Shown here: one piece after another, positions 26,780-35,316 of the stretch | Layout: each line of letters opens with the position of its first letter | Position numbering within the stretch: the stretch's first letter is position 1 | DNA from: Nanobdellota archaeon | GTDB taxonomy: Archaea > Nanobdellota > Nanobdellia > Woesearchaeales > GW2011-AR9 | DNA: 49,891 bases | Direction: 5' to 3' | Assembly (NCBI GenBank): GCA_038044525.1 | Contig: JBBSZV010000025.1 | Location: 1-49,891, forward strand | Program-made: the position numbers and the translations under genes | Notes under the pieces: generated by a model | What the model saw: the letters and a program-made list of their open reading frames with translations, nothing else | Database searches by the model: none | Told to the model about the DNA's origin: nothing

Positions 26780-27712
26780 ATGAAACGTAAATTAGTCCAG
26801 CAGGGAACGACCACTTTAATGGTTTCCCTGCCCAGCGATTGGATCCAGCGCTTCAAGCTAAAAAAAGGGCAGGAAGTGGACATCACTGATGTCAAAGATC
26901 ATCTCATCATCGCTTCTTCGGAACGAAAACACCAGAAAGAAACTATCCTATCCTTCAAAACCCATACGGAATCAGCGATCAGACTGACATTAATCAATGC
27001 CTATCGTGCTGGATATGATGTTTTAACCATAAAAAATATTGACAAAGGACAGCTTAATATCATCAGAGAAGTCCTCCAGAATTATCTTCTGGGGATGGAA
27101 ATAACGCATCAAGATAAAGGAACCTGCATTATTGAAAGCATCACTGAGCCGCACGAAGAGAAATTTGACTTGATCTTCCAGAAAATCTTTAACGGCATTG
27201 CTTCCATGATCCAAAGTACTGCGGCAAGAATAAAAAACAACACGCCATTTACTGATTATGAGTTCACCATGCTGAATATCCACAAGTACGATAATTTCTG
27301 CCGAAGGATGATGACCAAGCAGAATATTTATTCTGACAAAGCAATCTTCTTCTGGAACTTTCTAAGTTTGGTCATCCATGCTCCCAGAGAATTGTACCAT
27401 CTTAACAAGTATTTAGATAAGCAAAAACCAAAATTATCCGTAAAAGAAAGCGCCATGCATGCACAATATCTTTTTTCATTACAAGAACTGTTTTTGATGT
27501 TACGCCATGCTTATCAGGAAAAAAATCTTTCTGCCATAGAAAAAGTACATGAAAAATCTAAGGGGCTGCTGTTTACTAATCTTTATGATGCGATGAAGAA
27601 AAATAATAGCAACCAGATAATATTGCACCATATCGGTATGGCTTTGCGAAACCTGTATCTTTCCACCAGCCCTTTGCTGGGGCTTCTTTTAGAGAAAGAT
27701 TCTACTTCGTAA
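26780..27712 (+). CDS. AbrB/SpoVT-domain + PhoU-like regulator
   Basis: 310 aa. N-terminal swapped-hairpin AbrB-like segment (QQGTTTLMVSLPSDWIQRFKLKKGQEV), then a helical PhoU-like body, as seen in archaeal COG0704-type proteins. Confidence 0.5.
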   Translation: MKRKLVQQGTTTLMVSLPSDWIQRFKLKKGQEVDITDVKDHLIIASSERKHQKETILSFKTHTESAIRLTLINAYRAGYDVLTIKNIDKGQLNIIREVLQNYLLGMEITHQDKGTCIIESITEPHEEKFDLIFQKIFNGIASMIQSTAARIKNNTPFTDYEFTMLNIHKYDNFCRRMMTKQNIYSDKAIFFWNFLSLVIHAPRELYHLNKYLDKQKPKLSVKESAMHAQYLFSLQELFLMLRHAYQEKNLSAIEKVHEKSKGLLFTNLYDAMKKNNSNQIILHHIGMALRNLYLSTSPLLGLLLEKDSTS

Positions 27713-27713
27713 A

Positions 27714-29471
27714 TCATTTCTTCCATTCTCCGTGAAAACTTTGCAAGTTCTGCCGAGCCCGCCGGTATGTCTCAGGATCATAACTTTCAAGAATCTTTCT
27801 TGCTTCTTCTATTACCGGTTCTTTAAACTGCACTTTAGGAAGAAACTTATCTTGGCCGTCAATAGTGATGGCCCGCGGAATTTCTACCTGATAAAAATCT
27901 CCCAATAATCCCCGCGGCCAGATCATCATGCAGCCTTCTCTGCCGGCATTGAGAAATTCCAGCAAAACCTTAGCCTCATCAATAAACCCAGCATCAGCAC
28001 ATTGCTGCAGCATCGCATATTTTTTCTCTTCTTCAACAGAAAGAGTATCTGCCGGAAATATTTTTGCTGCAGTGATCAGCCAGCAATCATACGGCTGCAG
28101 AATCTGCACCTCTTCATGCAAACTGCCAACTTCGCCCCCTAATAAGGTATGCGCTTCCAAAATTTGCTCATCGTTATGGGCTATCACCAGAGTGCGGCGA
28201 TAATCTTCTCTCCAGCCCGGCGACCAGGTTCCGAAGGAATAATAATCTGCTTCATCGGTAAGTTTAAGCATGAGTTTGCCGGCATTTAAAGAATAGATCT
28301 CCTTGCTGGTGCTGGAAATTATTCGGTCACCGCCAAAACCATGATGCTGAAGGCTATTTTCTCTATCTCGTTTTCCATATTTCATGACCATTCCTGCTGC
28401 CATTTCTATCACTGCATCTATTTCTGGAGCAGCTTTTCCTTTATTTATGCCCTCCAGATCCCTGCGCAGGACTTTGTCCAAGGGCATCACTAATTCTAAA
28501 GATCTGCCAACAGCATAGTCAAAATCTTCCTTAAATTTGGCATGGGCTTCTTCAGAACTGAGATTCACATAGCTTTTTCGTTCCAAAGAAAGGCAGTTCA
28601 GCAGCAGTTCCTTAAAGCGTACCGGAACCGGTTCTATTTCTTGTTCCAGCTTTGCATCATGCTCTTCGGGAGAGATGCTAACCAGCCTCAGTTCATCTTC
28701 TTCCAGGGCAATGTAAATTTTTTCATCTCTAATTTCTAAAGGCGTTCCGTCATCAACAATATTCACTTTATATCGAAACGGCGGTTTTCCTACCAAGGCA
28801 TAAAATAATGTTGCGCCTAAAGCATAAAATTCCGTAGCTATAGTCGCTCTATTTGGAAGACCCTGTAAAAGTGTATTAACTAAATCGGGATGAGTATAGC
28901 CCGTAGCTCCTCTGGTGGGCATAAGTTTCAGTTCTATATCATTCACTAACGAAGCAGTTTGAAAATCAGCCACTTTCACTAAATCTGTCTGTCGACCGAT
29001 CAGGATATTAGAAGGTTTAAGATCGCGGTGCAAGATATCTCCCCCTGCATGAAGATAGCGCAGCGCATCAGTTACTTGGGAAAAAACAATCTTTAAAAAA
29101 TCCTGATTTAGGATCGGCCCTTGCATCCTAACTTTCTCTTCTAAAGAAATAGCATCGAAATGCTCTTCAATGATGATTTTTCTCTTTTCATCCTGAAGCA
29201 GGTCATATATTTGGACAATATTAGGGTGGTTAATGATATTAAGTAATTCAATTTCTCTTTCACTTAATCTATCTTTTGTTTTATTTATTTTATGTTGAAC
29301 AGAATCACCACCATTAGGGCGCTCCCATTTTGCTACAAATCTTCGTTTCAGTTCCCCTTTATGGCGGACTACTTCATAGGCTACCCGAAAGTAACCTTCT
29401 CCGATTTTTCGCCGCAAGGCATAATTATTCCGGTTCAATAGCGCAATCAGTTCTAAATCAAAATCTGCCAT
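27714..29471 (-). CDS. Hanks-type Ser/Thr protein kinase with ~300-aa C-terminal domain of unknown function
   Basis: 585 aa. Glycine loop IGEGYFRVAY, VAK lysine, catalytic loop HRDLKPSNILI, and DFQ in place of DFG. Confidence 0.8.
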   Translation of the reverse strand: MADFDLELIALLNRNNYALRRKIGEGYFRVAYEVVRHKGELKRRFVAKWERPNGGDSVQHKINKTKDRLSEREIELLNIINHPNIVQIYDLLQDEKRKIIIEEHFDAISLEEKVRMQGPILNQDFLKIVFSQVTDALRYLHAGGDILHRDLKPSNILIGRQTDLVKVADFQTASLVNDIELKLMPTRGATGYTHPDLVNTLLQGLPNRATIATEFYALGATLFYALVGKPPFRYKVNIVDDGTPLEIRDEKIYIALEEDELRLVSISPEEHDAKLEQEIEPVPVRFKELLLNCLSLERKSYVNLSSEEAHAKFKEDFDYAVGRSLELVMPLDKVLRRDLEGINKGKAAPEIDAVIEMAAGMVMKYGKRDRENSLQHHGFGGDRIISSTSKEIYSLNAGKLMLKLTDEADYYSFGTWSPGWREDYRRTLVIAHNDEQILEAHTLLGGEVGSLHEEVQILQPYDCWLITAAKIFPADTLSVEEEKKYAMLQQCADAGFIDEAKVLLEFLNAGREGCMMIWPRGLLGDFYQVEIPRAITIDGQDKFLPKVQFKEPVIEEARKILESYDPETYRRARQNLQSFHGEWKK

Positions 29472-29559
29472 TTTTATTACTGGTTGAGAGTAATTTAAAA
29501 GATTTTCCTTTTAAATACCAAAACTATCTTCTAGCTGTAAGTGATGAGAAGTATAACTT

Positions 29560-29904
29560 TCACGGCTCGTATCGGTTATTGAACCATTCAAAATTTTGTT
29601 TCAGTACTTCAAAAAAAAGCGATTCTTCGTCAAAGTCAAAAAGCATTATCTTGGCGGTGTAATACAGTTCTTCGCCGGGGACGTAGAACGTTTTTTGGCA
29701 AAAAACATTTAGATCATTGGTTAAGGTAACAATCAATCCCCGGGCTGCTGTTTTATATATCCGTTCCTGCCCTACGCCATAAGGCAGTTCAAATGGATAT
29801 GCTCCCATAAGTTTTCCGTTAAATCGGGAAATAGTTTCTTCTAAATCCTGCCGCAGTTCTTCTGCTTCTATCTCTTTTGGAAGGTGCAACGTGATCGTCT
29901 GCAT
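29560..29904 (-). CDS. Hypothetical protein
   Basis: 114-aa ORF. Confidence 0.35.
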   Translation of the reverse strand: MQTITLHLPKEIEAEELRQDLEETISRFNGKLMGAYPFELPYGVGQERIYKTAARGLIVTLTNDLNVFCQKTFYVPGEELYYTAKIMLFDFDEESLFFEVLKQNFEWFNNRYEP

Positions 29905-30002
29905 ATATGCTTATAATTATCCGGAAGCTGATAAAACTGATTGATAGAAACTATATAGCTGTTTCCTCAGTTAGGCGTGTTAGTGCTAATAATTACTAAT
30001 AG

Positions 30003-30659
30003 TTATGCTAACATCTCCCGCAGGAATTTTGCCGGATCTCTCGCTTTGGAAACCGCATGCCCTATCAACACGCCTTTGGCGCCCAAGATCAGCGCCTGCC
30101 CTAAATCCTGTTTAGAATGCACCCCGGCGCCGCACAACACTTTAGTCCCGGGACTCGATTTTTCCACGATCTCCAATGCTTTCAAGATCACGTCAGGCCG
30201 GGCTTTAGTGACCGACACATCCCCGCCGATCAGTTCCGGCGGCTCGTAAGCAAGAAAATCCGGTTTCATTTTCGCGATCTTCTCTGTTTCCGGAAGCGAA
30301 GAAGCGCAGACTATCGTTTTTAATTTATTTTTCCTGCACGCTTCTATGATTTCGCTGAGATCTTGCAGCGGTATTTTCCGCTCAGAATGGTTCAATAAAG
30401 TTCCTTTTATGCCGATATTTTTTAATTCTTCAACCGGGATCATGCCGGTATGCGCGCCCAAAGAAACATTGTCGGCATGCTGGGAATACACGGTCAAGGA
30501 TGTTTTTTCTGATATTTCTTTCAACATCAGGAGCGACGGCGCGACCACCAGATCATAATTTTTAGGACGCACTTTTTCAAGCTGTTTAGCCAGCCTTAAC
30601 GCATTTTTTCCTGCTGCTTCCTTGTAAGTCTTTAAGTTTAAAACTATCAGCGGTTTCAT
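30003..30659 (-). CDS. tpiA: Triose-phosphate isomerase (short archaeal type)
   Basis: 218 aa. LNLKTYKE N-terminus, AYEPPELIGG active-site region, and archaeal TIM length. Confidence 0.85.
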   Translation of the reverse strand: MKPLIVLNLKTYKEAAGKNALRLAKQLEKVRPKNYDLVVAPSLLMLKEISEKTSLTVYSQHADNVSLGAHTGMIPVEELKNIGIKGTLLNHSERKIPLQDLSEIIEACRKNKLKTIVCASSLPETEKIAKMKPDFLAYEPPELIGGDVSVTKARPDVILKALEIVEKSSPGTKVLCGAGVHSKQDLGQALILGAKGVLIGHAVSKARDPAKFLREMLA

Positions 30660-30672
30660 AGGTTTAAGTATT

Positions 30673-30858
30673 TCATTTTTGTCTTGCTTCTTTTTTTAAT
30701 TGATTAAGCGTTTTGAAAAGGTAGCTGAGGGCGACTATGATTATGACTACCGGAAGGAGGAGTATAAACAGATTGAAAACTAGCACTAAAATTATTATGG
30801 TAAATACTATCATAATCAAAGCGATTATCCAGCCCTTAAGCCCTGCTGCGACGAACAT
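30673..30858 (-). CDS. Small hydrophobic membrane protein
   Basis: 61 aa with two TM segments; could be spurious. Confidence 0.3.
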   Translation of the reverse strand: MFVAAGLKGWIIALIMIVFTIIILVLVFNLFILLLPVVIIIVALSYLFKTLNQLKKEARQK

Positions 30859-31444
30859 AGTTCAGGGGATACTTGATAGATATAAAAACTATTCCAAAAA
30901 ATAAGCTCAAGAGGAAGATGTTTTTGCTTATAGTTATGAAGAAAGTTATCGGGAAAGTCCGGATCAGCAGCGAATCTGCCGGAAAGATCCAGTTGCCCTG
31001 CGGGAAGAAGAGCTGGTGGAAGACCGTGAAAACCTCGTTGAATGAAGCTAATGATAAGAGAAAGATCATCAAGACCGCCGAAATGGTTGCTATTCCACCA
31101 TAGCTGAATAATCTCAAGAGTTCCTCCCGGTTCTTTTTATGGTGCGTTAGGATCAGAGTAAGAGCCAGCATCAGCCCGTAGAACAGATAATTTAGATAAG
31201 CCATCACTTTTTTGACATCATCCAGGTGGGAGATCTCCCCGCCGCTATAATCCGGCTTTAAATCTTCCTTCCCCTGCAGATAAGCAATGGTGTTCTGCTG
31301 GTCAGCGGTAAGATCGGTAAAAAACAGGATAGTTTTGTAAGACAGAAGCATCAGGAACAAAGGCAGGGCGAGGCAGAATAAGGCCAAGACTATTTTCTGG
31401 GCATGGGAGCGTATAAAATTAAGTTTAAAATTTAATTTATCCAT
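30836..31444 (-). CDS. Integral membrane protein (hypothetical)
   Basis: 202 aa with 4-5 TM segments. Confidence 0.45.
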   Translation of the reverse strand: MDKLNFKLNFIRSHAQKIVLALFCLALPLFLMLLSYKTILFFTDLTADQQNTIAYLQGKEDLKPDYSGGEISHLDDVKKVMAYLNYLFYGLMLALTLILTHHKKNREELLRLFSYGGIATISAVLMIFLLSLASFNEVFTVFHQLFFPQGNWIFPADSLLIRTFPITFFITISKNIFLLSLFFGIVFISIKYPLNYVRRSRA

Positions 31445-31480
31445 CTAATAAAGAAAAAAGAAGATAATACTTAAAAAAGT

Positions 31481-31849
31481 TTAGGGATTTTTGCGAAAAA
31501 CCGCCTTGAAATCGCTGTTTTGCAGATCAGAAGGCCTGGTCGGTTCGCACATCCAGGCTTCTTCTGGACACCCATACCTCTCTTCAATTCTATCCCGTTT
31601 TCGCAGTACGGGGTTTAAGGAACCATCGTAAAGCGTGTCCGCGGTCTTTCTGCTGCATCCGTCGGAGAATTCATTTCTTACCGGAGCAAGTTTCTCTAAA
31701 CAAACAATTTCTTTGGCGGCAGCTTCTTCAGCGGCATGATAACCGGTTTTATGTCCTACGCCATATCCAACGCCGCAGGTAGCAGCAGTATACCCTAAAA
31801 ATACGCCTAACGTCCCTAGTTTAAATTTAGTGGTAGCTTTCATTTTCAT
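31481..31849 (-). CDS. Hypothetical secreted/membrane-anchored Cys-containing protein
   Basis: 122 aa with an N-terminal hydrophobic segment. Confidence 0.4.
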   Translation of the reverse strand: MKMKATTKFKLGTLGVFLGYTAATCGVGYGVGHKTGYHAAEEAAAKEIVCLEKLAPVRNEFSDGCSRKTADTLYDGSLNPVLRKRDRIEERYGCPEEAWMCEPTRPSDLQNSDFKAVFRKNP

Positions 31850-32138
31850 TCACCTTATTAGTTCCAGAATCAAAACTCCTTTATAAATGTTTGGTCACTA
31901 AGCAGTAGCAATAACACTTTTTCTAAAATCCGTTATTATGTCCCGAGGCAGTGAAGTGACTGAATAGCGACGGAAGAGAAGGCGTTATTGTGGCTGTCAA
32001 AAGCTGCGCTTCCTAAGGCGAAAACTTGGGGCGTGGTACTATAAAACGGGGTAACGAGCCTGCATTTTTTATTTTTAATCGAAAAATTTATATAATACCT
32101 CAATTCAGGTATGACTATACTATAAAAAAGGTATTCAT

Positions 32139-32765
32139 ATGTTAACGCCCAAACAGATTAAAATATTTGAAGCATTTCTGAGAAAACCTTACAAAGAGCT
32201 TACTTATAAGGAGATAAAAAATTACTCAAAAGAAAAATCAAATTCAATCATTCAAAAAGCAGTGGTGAAATTTCTCGCAGAAGAACTTGTCAAAAAAAGA
32301 GAAGTTGGAAATATCATTTTATATGCTATAAATTTGGATAATAGCACTGTTTTTTCATACTTTGAGATACTCATAAAAGATAAAAGCCATAACCTTGTTA
32401 AAAATAGCTTGAAGATAATCAGGGAAGAATTATCAAACACTGAATTTATATCTCTTGTAATATTTGGATCATATGCTGAAGGAAAGCAAAAAGAAAAATC
32501 TGATTTAGATATTGCAATCTTCGTAAATTCAATAGGGGATAAAAAGAATTGTGAATTATCTATGAAGTCTGCTGAACTGAAATCCATTCTAAAGATAGAT
32601 GTCCAGGTCATTACAAAAGTCGAAATGCTTCAAATGTTAAAAGATAAACACGAAAATTTGGGAAAACAGATAGCTTACAAGCACTTAGCCATTCAAAATC
32701 CAATCATCTTTTATTCGATACTTCAGGAGGGGATAAATAATGGATTCAAAATTGTATATTCATAG
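32139..32765 (+). CDS. Minimal nucleotidyltransferase (MNT) with N-terminal wHTH (second pair)
   Basis: 208 aa. Motif LVIFGSYAEGKQKEKSDLDIAIFV. Overlaps the downstream HEPN ORF. Confidence 0.7.
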   Translation: MLTPKQIKIFEAFLRKPYKELTYKEIKNYSKEKSNSIIQKAVVKFLAEELVKKREVGNIILYAINLDNSTVFSYFEILIKDKSHNLVKNSLKIIREELSNTEFISLVIFGSYAEGKQKEKSDLDIAIFVNSIGDKKNCELSMKSAELKSILKIDVQVITKVEMLQMLKDKHENLGKQIAYKHLAIQNPIIFYSILQEGINNGFKIVYS

Positions 32766-33207
32766 AGCGGAAAATGAGATAAAGTTAGCAGGAATAATCT
32801 TTGCAATCAGTGAAGAGCCAAACATACAAAAAGAGACTTTCAAAGTCAATGATCCAGAAACATATTATAGCGCGGTTATTGCACATAGCTATTACAGTAT
32901 ATTTTATGGGGCGAAGGCATATCTTGTAAAGAAAGGAATTGAAGTTTCTGCTCCAGAAGAACATAAAAAAGCATTCACAGAATTCAAAAAATTTGTTGAA
33001 AATGGAGAACTTGACGTTGAACTTCTAAATATATACCAAGAAGCGTTGGTTCGAGCAGAATACTTGTTAGGGCTATTCAAGGAAGAGAAGAAAAAAAGGG
33101 GGGAATTTACATACAGAACAATGCCGCAAGCAAACAAAGAACCCGCAAAAGAGAGCATGGAACATGCAAAAATATTTTTCAAGCACATGTTTGCAATTTT
33201 TAATTAG
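32740..33207 (+). CDS. HEPN domain protein (partner of MNT, second pair)
   Basis: 155 aa, helical; overlaps the MNT gene's 3' end. Confidence 0.55.
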   Translation: MDSKLYIHRAENEIKLAGIIFAISEEPNIQKETFKVNDPETYYSAVIAHSYYSIFYGAKAYLVKKGIEVSAPEEHKKAFTEFKKFVENGELDVELLNIYQEALVRAEYLLGLFKEEKKKRGEFTYRTMPQANKEPAKESMEHAKIFFKHMFAIFN

Positions 33208-33296
33208 AGATCAAAAATGAAATTTGAATTAGAGGAGTGTAATAGAAACATAACTGAAAACCAACTTATAAGGGATTTAATCCTATAGAGTAACAA

Positions 33297-35126
33297 CTAT
33301 CTATGTCCGGTGCTAAGAATCTTCTGGAGCTGCTCGGAAATGAACTTCCCGGAAGCTTTCCCGGCCAGCCGTTTCATAGCCAGCCCCATCAATGCCGGAA
33401 AGGGGGCATTTTTATTTTCTTCGATGATCTTCATCAATTCCTGGTGGATGTCTTCCGTGCTTAAGCCGGCATATTTAGCGATATCAAAGGTTCCGGTAAT
33501 CATGTCTAAAAGGACATCAATAACGATATCCTTGTGGATTTTATCTTCCGCCAGATATTTGAACAGCTTCCTGAAATCTTCATCATCCAATCTATCTGGA
33601 TCCTGATGGTGCTGGCGCTTGATGTCCAAAGGCGTAGAGATAAGCGTTTCTGCGATGAAAGCCGGCTTAATTACGGGATACTTTCTAATTAACTCCTCAA
33701 ATAAATCTACTCTTTCTGACTTGGCAGCAAATTCAGCTAAATCTTTGCTCAAGCCCAGTTCTTTCTGATATCGTTCCATCTTTTTCTCAATTGTTTCCGG
33801 CAGTTCGATGTTTTTCAGGTCGGGCTTGATCAAAGGAACGTCTGTTTCCGGATACATCCGCGCAGCTCCCGGTATAGGTCTTAGATAAGAAGTAGTGCCG
33901 TCGGCATTCGCTTTGCGCACTTCGGAAGGAATTTCTTTCAAGACTTCACGTGCACGTTCGTGCACCGCTTCTAATGCCGCCCTGGCGCGTCTTTCTTCAT
34001 CAGCGACTAATACAAAAGCGTCCTGCTTAAGGCATCCCAATAGTTCTTTTATCGCTATGACTTCCGTCTCAGAGATGCCGTAGCGCGGCAGTTCATCTGA
34101 ATGGAAAATGCCGCCCACGCCGGCCTGCACTTTAGCCCGGTCAGAAAATTCCGTACCTAACCGCCTGCCGGGCTGGAGTTCTCTTCCGATATAGCCGGCA
34201 AATCCCGGTATTTTGACCGCAAGGATCTTTCCGTTTTTAGCTAAGGTATTTTTGATGATATTAGCAGCGGATTGGGAGAATAATGAAGTGGCATCGGTGG
34301 TATCTAAAGCGGGCAGTTTTACTTTTTTCAATTCCTCTTTGATCTTAAGCAGTTCCTGCTGGCGTTTCACTTCCAATTCTACCAGCAGCGGCAGCTGCCG
34401 CAAGTCCTGCGCGCCTTTTATCTCGATCCGCGCCCCGCCTTTGATAGAAACATTCACGTCCTGCCTGATAGTCCCCAGGCCGCGTTTTACGCCCGGCAAT
34501 GAGCGCAGCAACAGGCCTATTTTCTTGGCAGTTTCCTGACATTGTTCCGGTGAAGTGATATCCGGCGCAGTTCCTATTTCAATCAGCGGAATTCCCAGAC
34601 GGTCAAGCGAATAGGTTTTTTCTTCTGCGGTCTCTTTGACGATCTTACAGGCATCTTCTTCTAAGGAGATGTTGGTTATGCGTACCGGCCCGGAACCAGT
34701 GTTCAGCGCGCCATCTTTAGCTATCAGCGCAGTCCGTTGAAATCCGGAAGTGTTGGAGCCGTCCACGATAGTCTTCCGCATCACCTGCACGACGGGAAAA
34801 ACTTCCGCCGCAGCCAGCCTGCATAATTGTAAAGCGGTGTATAACGCTTCGGGATTGATCTCGTGCGGCGGTTCGCAGTCCGCTTCTACCAGGCAGGTAG
34901 TATCGGAATAACCGTGATAGACAAAAGTCCTGCTTTTCATCTGTTCCTGCAATGCTGCGACATCTATTTTTCCGCCTTCTCCGGCAGCAGCCCGCAGTTT
35001 CCTCCGGAGGATAAAACCCGGAGCATCATCGCGCAGGACCGTCGGACAGGAGCAGAACAGTTTTTTCCCTTCCAATTGCTGGTGGATTTCCAGACCGCAT
35101 CTCAAGCCCAATTCCTTATAGTCCAT
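33297..35126 (-). CDS. gatE: Glutamyl-tRNA(Gln) amidotransferase subunit E
   Basis: 609 aa. N-terminus MDYKELGLRCGLEIHQQLEGKKLFCSCP is characteristic of archaeal GatE. Confidence 0.85.
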   Translation of the reverse strand: MDYKELGLRCGLEIHQQLEGKKLFCSCPTVLRDDAPGFILRRKLRAAAGEGGKIDVAALQEQMKSRTFVYHGYSDTTCLVEADCEPPHEINPEALYTALQLCRLAAAEVFPVVQVMRKTIVDGSNTSGFQRTALIAKDGALNTGSGPVRITNISLEEDACKIVKETAEEKTYSLDRLGIPLIEIGTAPDITSPEQCQETAKKIGLLLRSLPGVKRGLGTIRQDVNVSIKGGARIEIKGAQDLRQLPLLVELEVKRQQELLKIKEELKKVKLPALDTTDATSLFSQSAANIIKNTLAKNGKILAVKIPGFAGYIGRELQPGRRLGTEFSDRAKVQAGVGGIFHSDELPRYGISETEVIAIKELLGCLKQDAFVLVADEERRARAALEAVHERAREVLKEIPSEVRKANADGTTSYLRPIPGAARMYPETDVPLIKPDLKNIELPETIEKKMERYQKELGLSKDLAEFAAKSERVDLFEELIRKYPVIKPAFIAETLISTPLDIKRQHHQDPDRLDDEDFRKLFKYLAEDKIHKDIVIDVLLDMITGTFDIAKYAGLSTEDIHQELMKIIEENKNAPFPALMGLAMKRLAGKASGKFISEQLQKILSTGHR

Positions 35127-35316
35127 GGATATACAGTAAAGAAATGGTGTTTAAAAAAGCTATGGTTTTGGGATGCAGCACGGGTTGATAGTTTAAACGC
35201 GGATAAAGCTGTGTATGAGGGGGTGGGTGGTTTAATTGTGTTTAAGTTCTAAATTACAAAAACGGGGGGGAGTTCTGAACTATAACTAAACTATACTCTT
35301 GGGGGGTGAGAAAACT

